In this document: positions 1 through 15,000 of the stretch, in pieces | Layout of the letters: each line of letters opens with the position of its first letter | How positions within the stretch are numbered: position 1 is the stretch's first letter | NCBI GenBank assembly: GCA_040954595.2 | Contig: CM082586.2 | Location: 3,206,349-3,270,348, forward strand | Direction of reading: 5' to 3' | DNA length: 64,000 bases | Source of the DNA: Balanoglossus misakiensis | Lineage: Eukaryota > Animalia > Hemichordata | Notes under the pieces: model-generated | Databases searched by the model: none | The model's input: the letters and a program-made list of their open reading frames with translations, nothing else | What the model was told of the DNA's origin: nothing | Made by a program: the position numbers and the translations under genes

Positions 1-3000
1 AAAATCGCGAAAAATCGACAATTTTTCGACTTTGGGAATTTTCGAAATTTGGTGATTTTTTGATAAAAACCATGGGTTATAGCTCAGGAAAATCGCGAAA
101 AATCGACCATTTTTCGACTTTGGGAATTTTTCGAAATTTGGTGATTTTTTGATAAAAACCATGGGTTATAGCTCAGGAAAATCGCGAAAAATCGACCATT
201 TTTCGACTTTGGGAATTTCCGAAATTTGGTGATTTTTTGATAAAAACCATGGGTTATAGCTCAGGAAAATCGCGAAAAATCGACCATTTTTCGACTTTGG
301 GAATTTCCGAAATTTGGTGATTTTTTGATAAAAACCATGGGTTATAGCTCAGGAAAATCGCGAAAAATCGACCATTTTCGACTTTGGGAATTTTCGAAAT
401 TTGGTGATTTTTTCATAAAAACCATGGGTTATAGCTCAGGAAAATCGCGAAAAATCGACCATTTTCGACTTTGGGAATTTCGAAATTTGGTGATTTTTTC
501 ATAAAAACCATGGGTTATAGCTCAGGAAAATCGCGAAAAATCGACCATTTTTCGACTTTGGGAATTTTCGAAATTTGGTGATTTTTTGATAAAAACCATG
601 GGTTATAGCTCAGGAAAATCGCGAAAAATCGACCATTTTCGACTTTGGGAATTTTCGAAATTTGGTGATTTTTTGATAAAAACCATGGGTTATAGCTCAG
701 GAAAATCGCGAAAAATCGACCATTTTCGACTTTGGGAATTTTCAAAATTTGGTGATTTTTTGATAAAAACCATGGGTTATAGCTCAGGAAAATCGCGAAA
801 AATCGACCATTTTCGACTTTTGGAATTTTCGAAATTTGGTGATTTTTTGATAAAAACCATGGGTTATAGCTCAGGAAAATCGCGAAAAATCGACCATTTT
901 TCGACTTTGGGAATTTTCGAAATTTGGTGATTTTTTGATAAAAACCATGGGTTATAGCTCAGGAAAATCGCGAAAAATCGACCATTTCGACTTTGGGAAT
1001 TTTCGAAATTTGGTGAATTTTTGATAAAAACCATGGGTTATAGCTCAGGAAAATCGCGAAAAATCGACCATTTTCGACTTTGGGAATTTTCGAAATTTGG
1101 GTGATTTTTTCATAAAAACCATGGGTTATAGCTCAGGAAAATCGCGAAAAATCGACCATTTTCGACTTTGGGAATTTTCGAAATTTGGTGATTTTTTCAT
1201 AAAAACCATGGGTTATAGCTCAGGAAAATCGCGAAAAATCGACCATTTTTCGACTTTGGGAATTTTCGAAATTTGGTGATTTTTTGATAAAAACCATGGG
1301 TTATAGCTCAGGAAAATCGCGAAAAATCGACCATTTTCGACTTTGGGAATTTTCGAAATTTGGTGAATTTTTGATAAAAACCATGGGTTTTAGCTCAGGA
1401 AAATCGCGAAAAATCGACCATTTTCGACTTTTGGAATTTTCGAAATTTGGTGATTTTTTGATAAAAACCATGGGTTATAGCTCAGGAAAATCGCGAAAAA
1501 TCGACCATTTTCGACTTTGGGAATTTTCGAAATTTGGTGATTTTTTGATAAAAACCATGGGTTATAGCTCAGGAAAATCGCGAAAAATCGACCATTTTTC
1601 GACTTTGGGAATTTTCGAAATTTGGTGATTTTTTGATAAAAACCATGGGTTATAGCTCAGGAAAATCGCGAAAAATCGACCATTTTTCGACTTTGGGAAT
1701 TTTCGAAATTTGGTGATTTTTTGATAAAAACCATGGGTTATAGCTCAGGAAAATCGCGAAAAATCGACCATTTTCGACTTTGGGAATTTTCGAAATTTGG
1801 TGATTTTTTGATAAAAACCATGGGTTATAGCTCAGGAAAATCGCGAAAAATCGACAATTTTTCGACTTTGGGAATTTTCGAAATTTGGTGAATTTTTGAT
1901 AAAAACCATGGGTTATAGCTCAGGAAAATCGCGAAAAATCGACCATTTTCGACTTTGGGAATTTTCGAAATTTGGTCATTTTTTCATAAAAACCATGGGT
2001 TATAGCTCAGGAAAATCGCGAAAAATCGACCATTTTCGACTTTGGGAATTTTCGAAATTTGGTGATTTTTTGATAAAAACCATGGGTTATAGCTCAGGAA
2101 AATCGCGAAAAATCGACCATTTTTCGACTTTGGGAATTTTCGAAATTTGGTTATTTTTTGATAAAAACCATGGGTTATAGCTCAGGAAAATCGCGAAAAA
2201 TCGACCATTTTTCGACTTTGGGAATTTTCGAAATTTGGTGATTTTTTGATAAAAACCATGGGTTATAGCTCAGGAAAATCGCGAAAAATCGACCATTTTT
2301 CGACTTTGGGAATTTTCGAAATTTGGTGATTTTTTGATAAAAACCATGGGTTATAGCTCAGGAAAATCGCGAAAAATCGACCATTTTCGACTTTGGGAAT
2401 TTTCGAAATTTGGTGATTTTTTGATAAAAACCATGGGTTATAGCTCAGGAAAATCGCGAAAAATCGACCATTTTTCGACTTTGGGAATTTTCGAAATTTG
2501 GTGATTTTTTGATAAAAACCATGGGTTATAGCTCAGGAAAATCGCGAAAAATCGACCATTTTTCGACTTTGGGAATTTTCGAAATTTGGTGATTTTTTGA
2601 TAAAAACCATGGGTTATAGCTCAGGAAAATCGCGAAAAATCGACCATTTTTCGACTTTGGGAATTTTCGAAATTTGGTGATTTTTTGATAAAAACCATGG
2701 GTTATAGCTCAGGAAAATCGCGAAAAATCGACCATTTTCGACTTTGGGAATTTTCGAAATTTGGTGATTTTTTGATAAAAACCAAGGGTTATAGCTCAGG
2801 AAAATCGCGAAAAATCGACAATTTTTCGACTTTGGGAATTTTCGAAATTTGGTGATTTTTTGATAAAAACCATGGGTTATAGCTCAGGAAAATCGCGAAA
2901 AATCGACAATTTTTCGACTTTGGGAATTTTCGAAATTTGGTGATTTTTTGATAAAAACCATGGGTTATAGCTCAGGAAAATCGCGAAAAATCGACCATTT

Positions 3001-6000
3001 TTCGACTTTGGGAATTTTCGAAATTTGGTGATTTTTTGATAAAAACCATGGGTTATAGCTCAGGAAAATCGCGAAAAATCGACCATTTTTCGACTTTGGG
3101 AATTTCCGAAATTTGGTGATTTTTTGATAAAAACCATGGGTTATAGCTCAGGAAAATCGCGAAAAATCGACCATTTTCGACTTTGGGAATTTTCGAAATT
3201 TGGTGATTTTTTCATAAAAACCATGGGTTATAGCTCAGGAAATCGCGAAAAATCGACCATTTTCGACTTTGGGAATTTTCGAAATTTGGTGATTTTTTTC
3301 ATAAAAACCATGGGTTATAGCTCAGGAAAATCGCGAAAAATCGACCATTTTCGACTTTGGGAATTTTCGAAATTTGGTGATTTTTTCATAAAAACCATGG
3401 GTTATAGCTCAGGAAAATCGCGAAAAATCGACCATTTTCGACTTTGGGAATTTTCGAAATTTGGTGATTTTTTGATAAAAACCATGGGTTATAGCTCAGG
3501 AAAATCGCGAAAAATCGACCATTTTCGACTTTGGGAATTTTCGAAATTTGGTGATTTTTTGATAAAAACCATGGGTTATAGCTCAGGAAAATCGCGAAAA
3601 TCGACCATTTTCGACTTTGGGAATTTTCGAAATTTGGTGATTTTTTGATAAAAACCATGGGTTATAGCTCAGGAAAATCGCGAAAAATCGACCATTTTCG
3701 ACTTTTGGAATTTTCGAAATTTGGTGATTTTTTGATAAAAACCATGGGTTCTATAGCTCAGGAAAATCGCGAAAAATCGACCATTTTTCGACTTTGGGAA
3801 TTTTCGAAATTTGGTGATTTTTTCATAAAAACCATGGGTTATAGCTCAGGAAAATCGCGAAAAATCGACCATTTTTCGACTTTGGGAATTTTCGAAATTT
3901 GGTGATTTTTTGATAAAAACCATGGGTTATAGCTCAGGAAAATCGCGAAAAATCGACCATTTTCGACTTTGGGAATTTTCGAAATGTGGTGATTTTTTGA
4001 TAAAAACCATGGGTTATAGCTCAGGAAAATCGCGAAAATCGACCATTTTCGACTTTTGGAATTTTCGAAATTTGGTGATTTTTTGATAAAAACCATGGGT
4101 TATAGCTCAGGAAAATCGCGAAAAATCGACCATTTTCGACTTTTGGAATTTTCGAAATTTGGTGATTTTTTGATAAAAACCATGGGTTATAGCTCAGGAA
4201 AATCGCGAAAAATCGACCATTTTTCGACTTTGGGAATTTTCGAAATTTGGTGATTTTTTGATAAAAACCATGGGTTATAGCTCAGGAAAATCGCGAAAAA
4301 TCGACCATTTTTCGACTTTGGGAATTTTCGAAATTTGGTGATTTTTTGATAAAAACCATGGGTTATAGCTCAGGAAAATCGCGAAAAATCGACCATTTTC
4401 GACTTTGGGAATTTTCGAAATTTGGTGATTTTTTGATAAAAACCATGGGTTATAGCTCAGGAAAATCGCGAAAAATCGACCATTTTCGACTTTGGGAATT
4501 TTCGAAATTTGGTGATTTTTTGATAAAAACCATGGGTTATAGCTCAGGAAAATCGCGAAAAATCGACCATTTTCGACTTTGGGGAATTTTCGAAATTTGG
4601 TGATTTTTTCATAAAAACCATGGGTTATAGCTCAGGAAAATCGCGAAAAATCGACCATTTTTCGACTTTGGGAATTTTCGAAATTTGGTGATTTTTTGAT
4701 AAAAACCATGGGTTATAGCTCAGGAAAATCGCGAAAAATCGACCATTTTCGACTTTGGGAATTTTCGAAATTTGGTGATTTTTTGATAAAAACCATGGGT
4801 TATAGCTCAGGAAAATCGCGAAAAATCGACCATTTTCGACTTTGGGAATTTTCGAAATTTGGTGATTTTTTGATAAAAACCATGGGTTATAGCTCAGGAA
4901 AATCGCGAAAAATCGACCATTTTCGACTTTGGGAATTTTCGAAATGTGGTGATTTTTTGATAAAAACCATGGGTTATAGCTCAGGAAAATCGCGAAAAAT
5001 CGACCATTTTCGACTTTTGGAATTTTCGAAATTTGGTGATTTTTTGATAAAAACCATGGGTTATAGCTCAGGAAAATCGCGAAAAATCGACCATTTTCGA
5101 CTTTTGGAATTTTCGAAATTTGGTGATTTTTTGATGAAAACCATGGGTTATAGCTCAGGAAAATCGCGAAAAATCGACCATTTTTCGACTTTGGGAACTT
5201 TCGAAATTTGGTGATTTTTTGATGAAAACCATGGGTTATAGCTCAGGAAAATCGCGAAAAATCGACGATTTTTCGACTTTGGGAATTTTCGAAATTTGGT
5301 GATTTTTTGATGAAAACCATGGGTTATAGCTCTGGAAAATCGCGAAAAATCGACCATTTTCGACTTTGGGAATTTTCGAAATTTGGTGATTTTTTGATGA
5401 AAACCATGGGTTATAGCTCAGGAAAATCGCGAAAAATCGACCATTTTCGACTTTGGGAATTTTCGAAATTTGGTGATTTTTTGATAAAAACCATGGGTTA
5501 TAGCTCAGGAAAATCGCGAAAAATCGACCATTTTCGACTTTGGGAATTTTCGAAATTTGGTGATTTTTTGATAAAAACCATGGGTTATAGCTCAGGAAAA
5601 TCGCGAAAAATCGACCATTTTCGACTTTGGGAATTTTCGAAATTTGGTGATTTTTTGATAAAAACCATGGGTTATAGCTCAGGAAAATCGCGAAAAATCG
5701 ACCATTTTCGACTTTTTGGAATTTTCGAAATTTGGTGATTTTTTGATAAAAACCATGGGTTATAGCTCAGGAAAATCGCGAAAAATCGACCATTTTTCGA
5801 CTTTGGGAATTTTCGAAATTTGGTGATTTTTTGATAAAAACCATGGGTTATAGCTCAGGAAAATCGCGAAAAATCGACCATTTTTCGACTTTGGGAATTT
5901 TCGAAATTTGGTGATTTTTTGATAAAAACCATGGGTTATAGCTCAGGAAAATCGCGAAAAATCGACCAATTTCGACTTTGAGAATTTTCGAAATTTGGTG

Positions 6001-9000
6001 ATTTTTTGATAAAAACCATGGGTTATAGCTCAGGAAAATCGCGAAAATTCGACCATTTTTCGACTTTGGGAATTTTCGAAATTTGGTGATTTTTTGATAA
6101 AAACCATGGGTTATAGCTCAGGAAAATCGCGAAAAATCGACCATTTTCGACTTTGGGAATTTTCGAAATTTGGTGATTTTTTGATAAAAACCATGGGTTA
6201 TAGCTCAGGAAAATCGCGAAAAATCGACCATTTTTCGACTTTGGGAATTTTCGAAATTTGGTGATTTTTTGATAAAAACCATGGGTTATAGCTCAGGAAA
6301 ATCGCGAAAAATCGACCATTTTTCGACTTTGGGAATTTTCGAAATTTGGTGATTTTTTGATAAAAACCATGGGTTATAGCTCAGGAAAATCGCGAAAAAT
6401 CGACCATTTTTCGACTTTGGGAATTTTCGAAATTTGGTGATTTTTTGATAAAAACCATGGGTTATAGCTCAGGAAAATCGCGAAAAATCGACCATTTTCG
6501 ACTTTGGGAATTTTCGAAATTTGGTGATTTTTTGATAAAAACCATGGGTTATAGCTCAGGAAAATCGCGAAAAATCGACCATTTTTCGACTTTGGGAATT
6601 TTCGAAATTTGGTGATTTTTTGATAAAAACCATGGGTTATAGCTCAGGAAAATCGCGAAAAATCGACCATTTTTCGACTTTGGGAATTTTCGAAATTTGG
6701 TGATTTTTTGATAAAAACCATGGGTTATAGCTCAGGAAAATCGCGAAAAATCGACCATTTTCGACTTTGGGAATTTTCGAAATTTGGTGATTTTTTGATA
6801 AAAACCATGGGTTATAGCTCAGGAAAATCGCGAAAAATCGACCATTTTTCGACTTTGGGAATTTTCGAAATTTGGTGATTTTTTGATAAAAACCATGGGT
6901 TATAGCTCAGGAAAATCGCGAAAAATCGACCATTTTCGACTTTGGGAATTTTCGAAATTTGGTGATTTTTTGATAAAAACCATGGGTTATAGCTCAGGAA
7001 AATCGCGAAAAATCGACCATTTTTCGACTTTGGGAATTTTCGAAATTTGGTGATTTTTTGATAAAAACCATGGGTTATAGCTCAGGAAAATCGCGAAAAA
7101 TCGACCATTTTTCGACTTTGGGAATTTTCGAAATTTGGTGATTTTTTGATAAAAACCATGGGTTATAGCTCAGGAAAATCGCGAAAAATCGACCATTTTC
7201 GACTTTGGAAATTTTCGAAATTTGGTGATTTTTTGATAAAAACCATGGGTTATAGCTCAGGAAAATCGCGAAAAATCGACCATTTTTCGACTTTGGGAAT
7301 TTTCGAAATTTGGTGATTTTTTGATAAAAACCATGGGTTATAGCTCAGGAAAATCGCGAAAAATCGACCATTTTTCGACTTTGGGAATTTTCGAAATTTG
7401 GTGATTTTTTCATAAAAACCATGGGTTATAGCTCAGGAAAATCGCGAAAAATCGACCATTTTTCGACTTTGGGAATTTTCGAAATTTGGTGATTTTTTGA
7501 TAAAAACCATGGGTTATAGCTCAGGAAAATCGCGAAAAATCGACCATTTTCGACTTTGGGAATTTTCGAAATTTGGTGATTTTTTGATAAAAACCATGGG
7601 TTATAGCTCAGGAAAATCGCGAAAAATCGACCATTTTTCGACTTTGGGAATTTTCGAAATTTGGTGATTTTTTGATAAAAACCATGGGTTATAGCTCAGG
7701 AAAATCGCGAAAAATCGACCATTTTTCGACTTTGGGAATTTTCGAAATTTGGTGATTTTTTGATAAAAACCATGGGTTATAGCTCAGGAAAATCGCGAAA
7801 AATCGACCATTTTTCGACTTTGGGCATTTTCGAAATTTGGTGATTTTTTGATAAAAACCATGGGTTATAGCTCAGGAAAATCGCGAAAAATCGACCATTT
7901 TTCGACTTTGGGAATTTTCGAAATTTGGTGATTTTTTTGATAAAAACCATGGGTTATAGCTCAGGAAAATCGCGAAAAATCGACCATTTTCCGACTTTGG
8001 GAATTTTCGAAATTTGGTGATTTTTTGATAAAAACCATGGGTTATAGCTCAGGAAAATCGCGAAAAATCGACCATTTTTCGACTTTGGGAATTTTCGAAA
8101 TTTGGTGTTTTTTTGATAAAAACCATGGGTTATAGCTCAGGAAAATCGCGAAAAATCGACCATTTTCGACTTTGGGAACTTTCGAAATTTGGTGATTTTT
8201 TGATGAAAACCATGGGTTATAGCTCAGGAAAATCGCGAAAAATCGACCATTTTTCGACTTTGGGAACTTTCGAAATTTGGTGATTTTTTGATGAAAACCA
8301 TGGGTTATAGCTCAGGAAAATCGCGAAAAATCGACCATTTTTCGACTTTGGGAATTTTCGAAATTTGGTGATTTTTTGATGAAAACCATGGGTTATAGCT
8401 CAGGAAAATCGCGAAAAATCGACCATTTTTCGACTTTGGTAATTTTCGAAATTTGGTGATTTTTTGATGAAAACCATGGGTTATAGCTAAGGAAAATCGC
8501 GAAAAATCGACCATTTTTCGACTTTGGTAATTTTCGAAATTTGGTGATTTTTTGATAAAAACCATGGGTTATAGCTCAGGAAAATCGCGAAAAATCGACC
8601 ATTTTTCGACTTTGGGAATTTTCGAAATTTGGTGATTTTTTGATAAAAACCATGGGTTATAGCTCAGGAAAATCGCGAAAAATCGACCATTTTTCGACTT
8701 TGGGAATTTTCGAAATTTGGTGATTTTTTGATGAAAACCATGGGTTATAGCTGAGGAAAATCGCGAAAAATCGACCATTTTTCGACTTTGGGAATTTTCG
8801 AAATTTGGTGATTTTTTGATGAAAACCATGGGTTATAGCTCAGGAAAATCGCGAAAAATCGACCATTTTTCGACTTTGGGAATTTTCGAAATTTGGTGAT
8901 TTTTTGATAAAAACCATGGGTTATAGCTCAGGAAAATCGCGAAAAATCGACCATTTTCGACTTTGGGAATTTTCGAAATTTGGTGATTTTTTGATAAAAA

Positions 9001-12000
9001 CCATGGGTTATAGCTCAGGAAAATGGCGAAAAATCGACCATTTTCGACTTTGGGAATTTTCGAAATTTGGTGATTTTTTGATAAAAACCATGGGTTATAG
9101 CTCAGGAAAATGGCGAAAAATCGAACATTTTTCGACATTGGGAATTTTCGAAATTTGGTGATTTTTTGATAAAAACCATGGGTTATAGCTCAGGAAAATC
9201 GCGAAAAATCGACCATTTTTCGACTTTAGGAATTTTCGAAATTTGGTGATTTTTTGATAAAAACCATGGGTTATAGCTCAGGAAAATCGCGAAAAATCGA
9301 CCATTTTCGACTTTGGGAATTTTCGAAATTTGGTGATTTTTTGATAAAAACCATGGGTTATAGCTCAGGAAAATCGCGAAAAATCGACCATTTTTCGACT
9401 TTAGGAATTTTCGAAATTTGGTGATTTTTTGATAAAAACCATGGGTTATAGCTCAGGAAAATCGCGAAAAATCGACCATTTTCGACTTTGGGAATTTTCG
9501 AAATTTGGTGATTTTTTGATAAAAACCATGGGTTATAGCTCAGGAAAATCGCGAAAAATCGACCATTTTTCGACTTTGGGAATTTTCGAAATTTGGTGAT
9601 TTTTTGATAAAAACCATGGGTTATAGCTCAGGAAAATCGCGAAAAATCGACCATTTTTCGACTTTGGGAATTTTCGAAATTTGGTGATTTTTTGATAAAA
9701 ACCATGGGTTATAGCTCAGGAAAATCGCGAAAAATCGACCATTTTCGACTTTGGGAATTTTCGAAATTTGGTGATTTTTTGATAAAAACCATGGGTTATA
9801 GCTCAGGAAAATCGCGAAAAATCGACCATTTTTCGACTTTAGGAATTTTCGAAATTTGGTGATTTTTTGATAAAAACCATGGGTTATAGCTCAGGAAAAT
9901 CGCGAAAAATCGACCATTTTCGACTTTGGGAATTTTCGAAATTTGGTGATTTTTTGATAAAAACCATGGGTTATAGCTCAGGAAAATCGCGAAAAATCGA
10001 CCATTTTTCGACTTTGGGAATTTTCGAAATTTGGTGATTTTTTGATAAAAACCATGGGTTATAGCTCAGGAAAATCGCGAAAAATCGACCATTTTTCGAC
10101 TTTGGGAATTTTCGAAATTTGGTGATTTTTTGATAAAAACCATGGGTTATAGCTCAGGAAAATCGCGAAAAATCGACCATTTTTCGACTTTGGGAATTTT
10201 CGAAATTTGGTGATTTTTTGATAAAAACCATGGGTTATAGCTCAGGAAAATCGCGAAAAATCGACCATTTTTCGACTTTGGGAATTTTCGAAATTTGGTG
10301 ATTTTTTGATAAAAACCATGGGTTATAGCTCAGGAAAATCGCGAAAAATCGACCATTTTCGACTTTGGGAATTTTCGAAATTTGGTGATTTTTTGATAAA
10401 AACCATGGGTTATAGCTCAGGAAAATCGCGAAAAATCGACCATTTTTCGACTTTAGGAATTTTCGAAATTTGGTGATTTTTTGATAAAAACCATGGGTTA
10501 TAGCTCAGGAAAATCGCGAAAAATCGACCATTTTCGACTTTGGGAATTTTCGAAATTTGGTGATTTTTTGATAAAAACCATGGGTTATAGCTCAGGAAAA
10601 TCGCGAAAAATCGACCATTTTTCGACTTTGGGAATTTTCGAAATTTGATGATTTTTTGATAAAAACCATGGGTTATAGCTCAGGAAAATCGCGAAAAATC
10701 GACCATTTTTCGACTTTGGGAATTTTCGAAATTTGGTGATTTTTTGATAAAAACCATGGGTTATAGCTCAGGAAAATCGCGAAAAATCGACCATTTTTCG
10801 ACTTTGGGAATTTTCGAAATTTGGTGATTTTTTGATAAAAACCATGGGTTATAGCTCAGGAAAATCGCGAAAAATCGACCATTTTTCGACTTTGGGAATT
10901 TTCGAAATTTGGTGATTTTTTGATAAAAACCATGGGTTATAGCTCAGGAAAATCGGGAAAAATCGACCATTTTTCGACTTTGGGAATTTTCGAAATTTGG
11001 TGATATTTTGATAAAAACCATGGGTTATAGCTCAGGAGAATCGCGAAAAATCGACCATTTTTCGACTTTAGGAATTTTCGAAATTTGGTGATTTTTTGAT
11101 AAAAACCATGGGTTATAGCTCAGGAAAATCGCGAAAAATCGACCATTTTCGACTTTGGGAATTTTCGAAATTTGGTGATTTTTTGATAAAAACCATGGGT
11201 TATAGCTCAGGAAAATCGCGAAAAATCGACCATTTTTCGACTTTGGGAATTTTCGAAATTTGGTGATTTTTTGATAAAAACCATGGGTTATAGCTCAGGA
11301 AAATCGCGAAAAATCGACCATTTTTCGACTTTGGGAATTTTCGAAATTTGGTGATTTTTTGATAAAAACCATGGGTTATAGCTCAGGAAAATCGCGAAAA
11401 ATCGACCATTTTTCGACTTTGGGAATTTTCGAAATTTGGTGATTTTTTGATAAAAACCATGGGTTATAGCTCAGGAAAATCGCGAAAAATCGACCATTTT
11501 TCGACTTTGGGAATTTTCGAAATTTGGTGATTTTTTGATAAAAACCATGGGTTATAGCTCAGGAAAATCGCGAAAAATCGACCACTTTTCGACTTTGGGA
11601 ATTTTCGAAATTTGGTGATTTTTTGATAAAAACCATGGGTTATAGCTCAGGAAAATCGCGAAAAATCGACCATTTTTCGACTTTGGGAATTTTCGAAATT
11701 TGGTGATTTTTTGATAAAAACCATGGGTTATAGCTCAGGAAAATCGCGAAAAATCGACCATTTTTCGACTTTGGGAATTTTCGAAATTTGGTGATTTTTT
11801 GATAAAAACCATGGGTTATAGCTCAGGAAAATCGCGAAAAATCGACCATTTTTCGACTTTGGGAATTTTCGAAATTTGGTGATTTTTTGATAAAAACCAT
11901 GGGTTATAGCTCAGGAAAATCGCGAAAAATCGACCATTTTTCGACTTTGGGAATTTTCGAAATTTGGTGATTTTTTGATAAAAACCATGGGTTATAGCTC

Positions 12001-15000
12001 AGGAAAATCGCGAAAAATCGACCATTTTCGACTTTGGGAATTTTCGAAATTTGGTGATTTTTTGATAAAAACCATGGGTTATAGCTCAGGAAAATCGCGA
12101 AAAATCGACCATTTTCGACTTTGGGAATTTTCGAAATTTGGTGATTTTTTGATAAAAACCATGGGTTATAGCTCAGGAAAATCGCGAAAAATCGACCATT
12201 TTCGACTTTGGGAATTTTCGAAATTTGGTGATTTTTTGATAAAAACCATGGGTTATAGCTCAGGAAAATCGCGAAAAATCGACCATTTTTCGACTTTGGG
12301 AATTTTCGAAATTTGGTGATTTTTTGATAAAAACCATGGGTTATAGCTCAGGAAAATCGCGAAAAATCGACCATTTTTCGACTTTGGGAATTTTCGAAAT
12401 TTGGTGATTTTTTGATAAAAACCATGGGTTATAGCTCAGGAAAATCGCGAAAAATCGACCATTTTTCGACTTTGGGAATTTTCGAAATTTGGTGATTTTT
12501 TGATAAAAACCATGGGTTATAGCTCAGGAAAATCGCGAAAAATCGACCATTTTTCGACTTTGGGAATTTTCGAAATTTGGTGATTTTTTGATAAAAACCA
12601 TGGGTTATAGCTCAGGAAAATCGCGAAAAATCGACCATTTTCGACTTTGGGAATTTTCGAAATTTGGTGATTTTTTGATAAAAACCATGGGTTATAGCTC
12701 AGGAAAATCGCGAAAAATCGACCATTTTCGACTTTGGGAATTTTCGAAATTTGGTGATTTTTTGATAAAAACCATGGGTTATAGCTCAGGAAAATCGCGA
12801 AAAATCGACCATTTTCGACTTTGGGAATTTTCGAAATTTGGTGATTTTTTGATAAAAACCATGGGTTATAGCTCAGGAAAATCGCGAAAAATCGACCATT
12901 TTTCGACTTTGGGAATTTTCGAAATTTGGTGATTTTTTGATAAAAACCATGGGTTATAGCTCAGGAAAATCGCGAAAAATCGACCATTTTTCGACTTTGG
13001 GAAATTTCGAAATTTGGTGATTTTTTGATAAAAACCATGGGTTATAGCTCAGGAAAATCGCGAAAAATCGACCATTTTCGACTTTGGGAATTTTCGAAAT
13101 TTGGTGATTTTTTGATAAAAACCATGGGTTATAGCTCAGGAAAATCGCGAAAAATCGACCATTTTTCGACTTTGGGAATTTTCGAAATTTGGTGATTTTT
13201 TGATAAAAACCATGGGTTATAGCTCAGGAAAATCGCGAAAAATCGACCATTTTTCGACTTTGGGAATTTTCGAAATTTGGTGATTTTTTCATAAAAACCA
13301 TGGGTTATAGCTCAGGAAAATCGCGAAAAATCGACCATTTTCGACTTTGCGAATTTTCGAAATTTGGTGATTTTTTCATAAAAACCATGGGTTATAGCTC
13401 AGGAAAATCGCGAAAAATCGACCATTTTCGACTTTGGGAATTTTCGAAATTTGGTGATTTTTTGATAAAAACCATGGGTTATAGCTCAGGAAAATCGCGA
13501 AAAATCGACCATTTTCGACTTTGGGAATTTTCGAAATTTGGTGATTTTTTCATAAAAACCAAGGGTTATAGCTCAGGAAAATCGCGAAAAATCGACCATT
13601 TTTCGACTTTGGGAATTTTCGAAATTTGGTGATTTTTTGATAAAAACCATGGGTTATAGCTCAGGAAAATCGCGAAAAATCGACCATCTTCGACTTTGGG
13701 AATTTTCGAAATTTGGTGATTTTTTGATAAAAACCATGGGTTATAGCTCAGGAAAATCGCGAAAAATCGACCATTTTTCGACTTTGGGAATTTTCGAAAT
13801 TTGGTGATTTTTTGATGAAAACCATGGGTTATAGCTCAGGAAAATCGCGAAAAATCGACCATTTTTCGACTTTGGGAATTTTCGAAATTTGGTGATTTTT
13901 TGATAAAAACCATGGGTTATAGCTCAGGAAAATCGCGAAAAATCGACCATTTTCGACTTTGGGAATTTTCGAAATTTGGTGATTTTTTGATAAAAACCAT
14001 GGGTTATAGCTCAGGAAAATCGCGAAAAATCGACCATTTTTCGACTTTGGGAATTTTCGAAATTTGGTGATTTTTTGATAAAAACCATGGGTTATAGCTC
14101 AGGAAAATCGCGAAAAATCGACCATTTTTCGACTTTGGGAATTTTTCGAAATTTGGTGATTTTTTGATGAAAACCATGGGTTATAGCACAGGAAAATCGC
14201 GAAAAATCGACCATTTTTCGACTTTGGGAATTTTCGAAATTTGGTGATTTTTTGATAAAAACCATGGGTTATAGCTCAGGAAAATCGCGAAAAATCGACC
14301 ATTTTTCGACTTTGGGAATTTTCGAAATTTGGTGATTTTTTGATAAAAACCATGGGTTATAGCTCAGGAAAATCGCGAAAAATCGACCATTTTTCGACTT
14401 TAGGAATTTTCGAAATTTGGTGATTTCTTGATAAAAACCATGGGTTATAGCTCAGGAAAATCGCGAAAAATCGACCATTTTCGACTTTGGGAATTTTCGA
14501 AATTTGGTGATTTTTTGATAAAAACCATGGGTTATAGCTCAGGAAAATCGCGAAAAATCGACCATTTTCGACGTTGGGAATTTTGGAAATTTGGTGATTT
14601 TTTGATAAAAACCATGGGTTATAGGTCAGGAAAATCGCGAAAAATCGACCATTTTTCGACTTTGGGAATTTTCGAAATTTGGTGATTTTTTGATAAAAAC
14701 CATGGGTTATAGCTCAGGAAAATCGCGAAAAATCGACCATTTTTCGACTTTGGGAATTTTCGAAATTTGGTGATTTTTTGATGAAAACCATGGGTTATAG
14801 CTCAGGAAAATCGCGAAAAATCGACCATTTTTCGACTGTGGGAATTTTCGAAATTTGGTGATTTTTTGATGAAAACCATGGGTTATAGCTCAGGAAAATC
14901 GCGAAAAATCGACCATTTTTCGACTTTGGGAATTTTCGAAATTTGGTGATTTTTTGATAAAAACCATGGGTTATAGCTCAGGAAAATCGCGAAAAATCGA

